64,000 bases of DNA from Felis catus. Lineage: Eukaryota. Position numbers and translations under genes: made by a program. The notes below the pieces were generated by a model. The model saw nothing but the letters and a program-made list of their open reading frames with translations. It made no database searches and was not told where the DNA came from. The stretch spans positions 207,888,001 through 207,952,000 of the forward strand of contig NC_058368.1 of the NCBI RefSeq assembly GCF_018350175.1, written 5' to 3'. Below are positions 63,120 through 64,000 of the stretch, one piece after another (positions within the stretch are counted from its first letter, which is position 1; the number at the start of each line of letters is the position of its first letter).

Positions 63120-63525
63120 TTTATCTGGACTCTTAGCTGACCGGAATAAAGGTTCCATTGCCCAGCCTCTCCTGTGGCCAGGTGTGGCCGTACCGTTTAC
63201 TTTTGGCCGGTAGGATGTTAGCAGAAGCCTGTGTGTGTAGCTTCCACACTGTGTCCTTAAATGGACTAGAAGATGCCTTTCTTCTCTCTTTTTCCCTTCC
63301 TACTGACTGGAAGACAGGTGCGATGATGGGGGCTTTGGCAATCACTTTGAGCATGAAGTCACTTTGGGAATGGAGATTGCACGTGGTGGCGTAGCGTAGA
63401 GGAGTCTGCTTCTCTGCCCCCATGGATTATTTAGCAGCCTTATCTCCGGACTTCATGAACATGAGAGAGAGACAATTTTTGTTTTTGTTTAAGTCGCTCT
63501 TATTTGGGAATTTTGTAGTTTTGAC
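63120..63525 (+). mobile_element. Old MLT1 (MaLR) LTR
   Basis: cccagcctc...ggtgtggcc...ttttggcc...gtttaagtcgctc pattern. Confidence 0.5.
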
Positions 63526-64000
63526 AGCTGATACTTATTCTGGTTTCCACTCTCATATACCGTTTGTGAAGGTAAAACTCTCCACTCCCTAGAGAAATAA
63601 TCAAGGTCTACACCATTTGGTACTTCCATGGTTTGTGCATCCTCTGCAATGGCCTCTCTTCTCAGCCCAACTTCTACTGGTTCAGCAGCAAAAAGGGTGA
63701 ATTCTGATCGCTGAGACAACTGGCTTAGAGAGGGGCAAGGTATATATAGGGGTGAGTTTTGGCCAGTGGGAAAGAGTGGAAGGGCTTCTGTTTTGCCTTA
63801 TGGTTTACTCTCTCTTTAGATGTCCAAGGTTAAAGTCACCTCATCATAACAAGGATTAATTTCCTTCCAACTGTAGCCATTTGATTATTGTGAAAAGCTC
63901 ATATTCCTCTCATGTACATACATTTGACACTATTTTATATAAACTTGTGCCGAGGCCCTTTTATGTTGTGGGGTGGGGGGGATACCCTTTTTGTCCTGGG

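Noticed and set aside
1..64000. CRISPR array, operon or other novel multi-gene system
   Set aside because: Eukaryotic intron/intergenic DNA; no regularly spaced repeat-spacer array and no additional coding genes are supported.

Overview
Mammalian genomic DNA, almost certainly a felid (probably domestic cat), judged by the roughly 35 tRNA-derived carnivore SINEs of SINEC_Fc type. The only protein-coding gene I can support is the 5' part of OSMR (oncostatin M receptor beta, shared by the OSM type II and IL-31 receptors) on the minus strand. Non-coding exon 1 lies in a CpG island at about 25.9-27.3 kb. Coding exons are at 13001-12929 (signal peptide), 7829-7657 and 1864-1693; they join in frame across GT-AG introns, and the gene continues off the left edge. 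Positions 27.3-64 kb are upstream/intergenic sequence made of SINEC, L1, L2, MIR, MaLR/ERVL LTRs and Tigger2-type DNA transposons, with islands of unique sequence. I found no evidence for a new multi-gene system. The most unusual observations are: (i) a near-perfect 56-bp-arm hairpin fused to the 5' junction of a truncated L1; (ii) a perfect m67-type STAT site in the OSMR promoter plus a dense distal cluster of GAS and AP-1 motifs about 30 kb upstream; (iii) two related solo LTRs in inverted orientation just upstream of the promoter, each hit by a SINE; (iv) two candidate exon-1 donors; (v) several very young or nested SINE insertions. Repeat subfamily names and most repeat boundaries are by-eye estimates and need RepeatMasker/Dfam confirmation.
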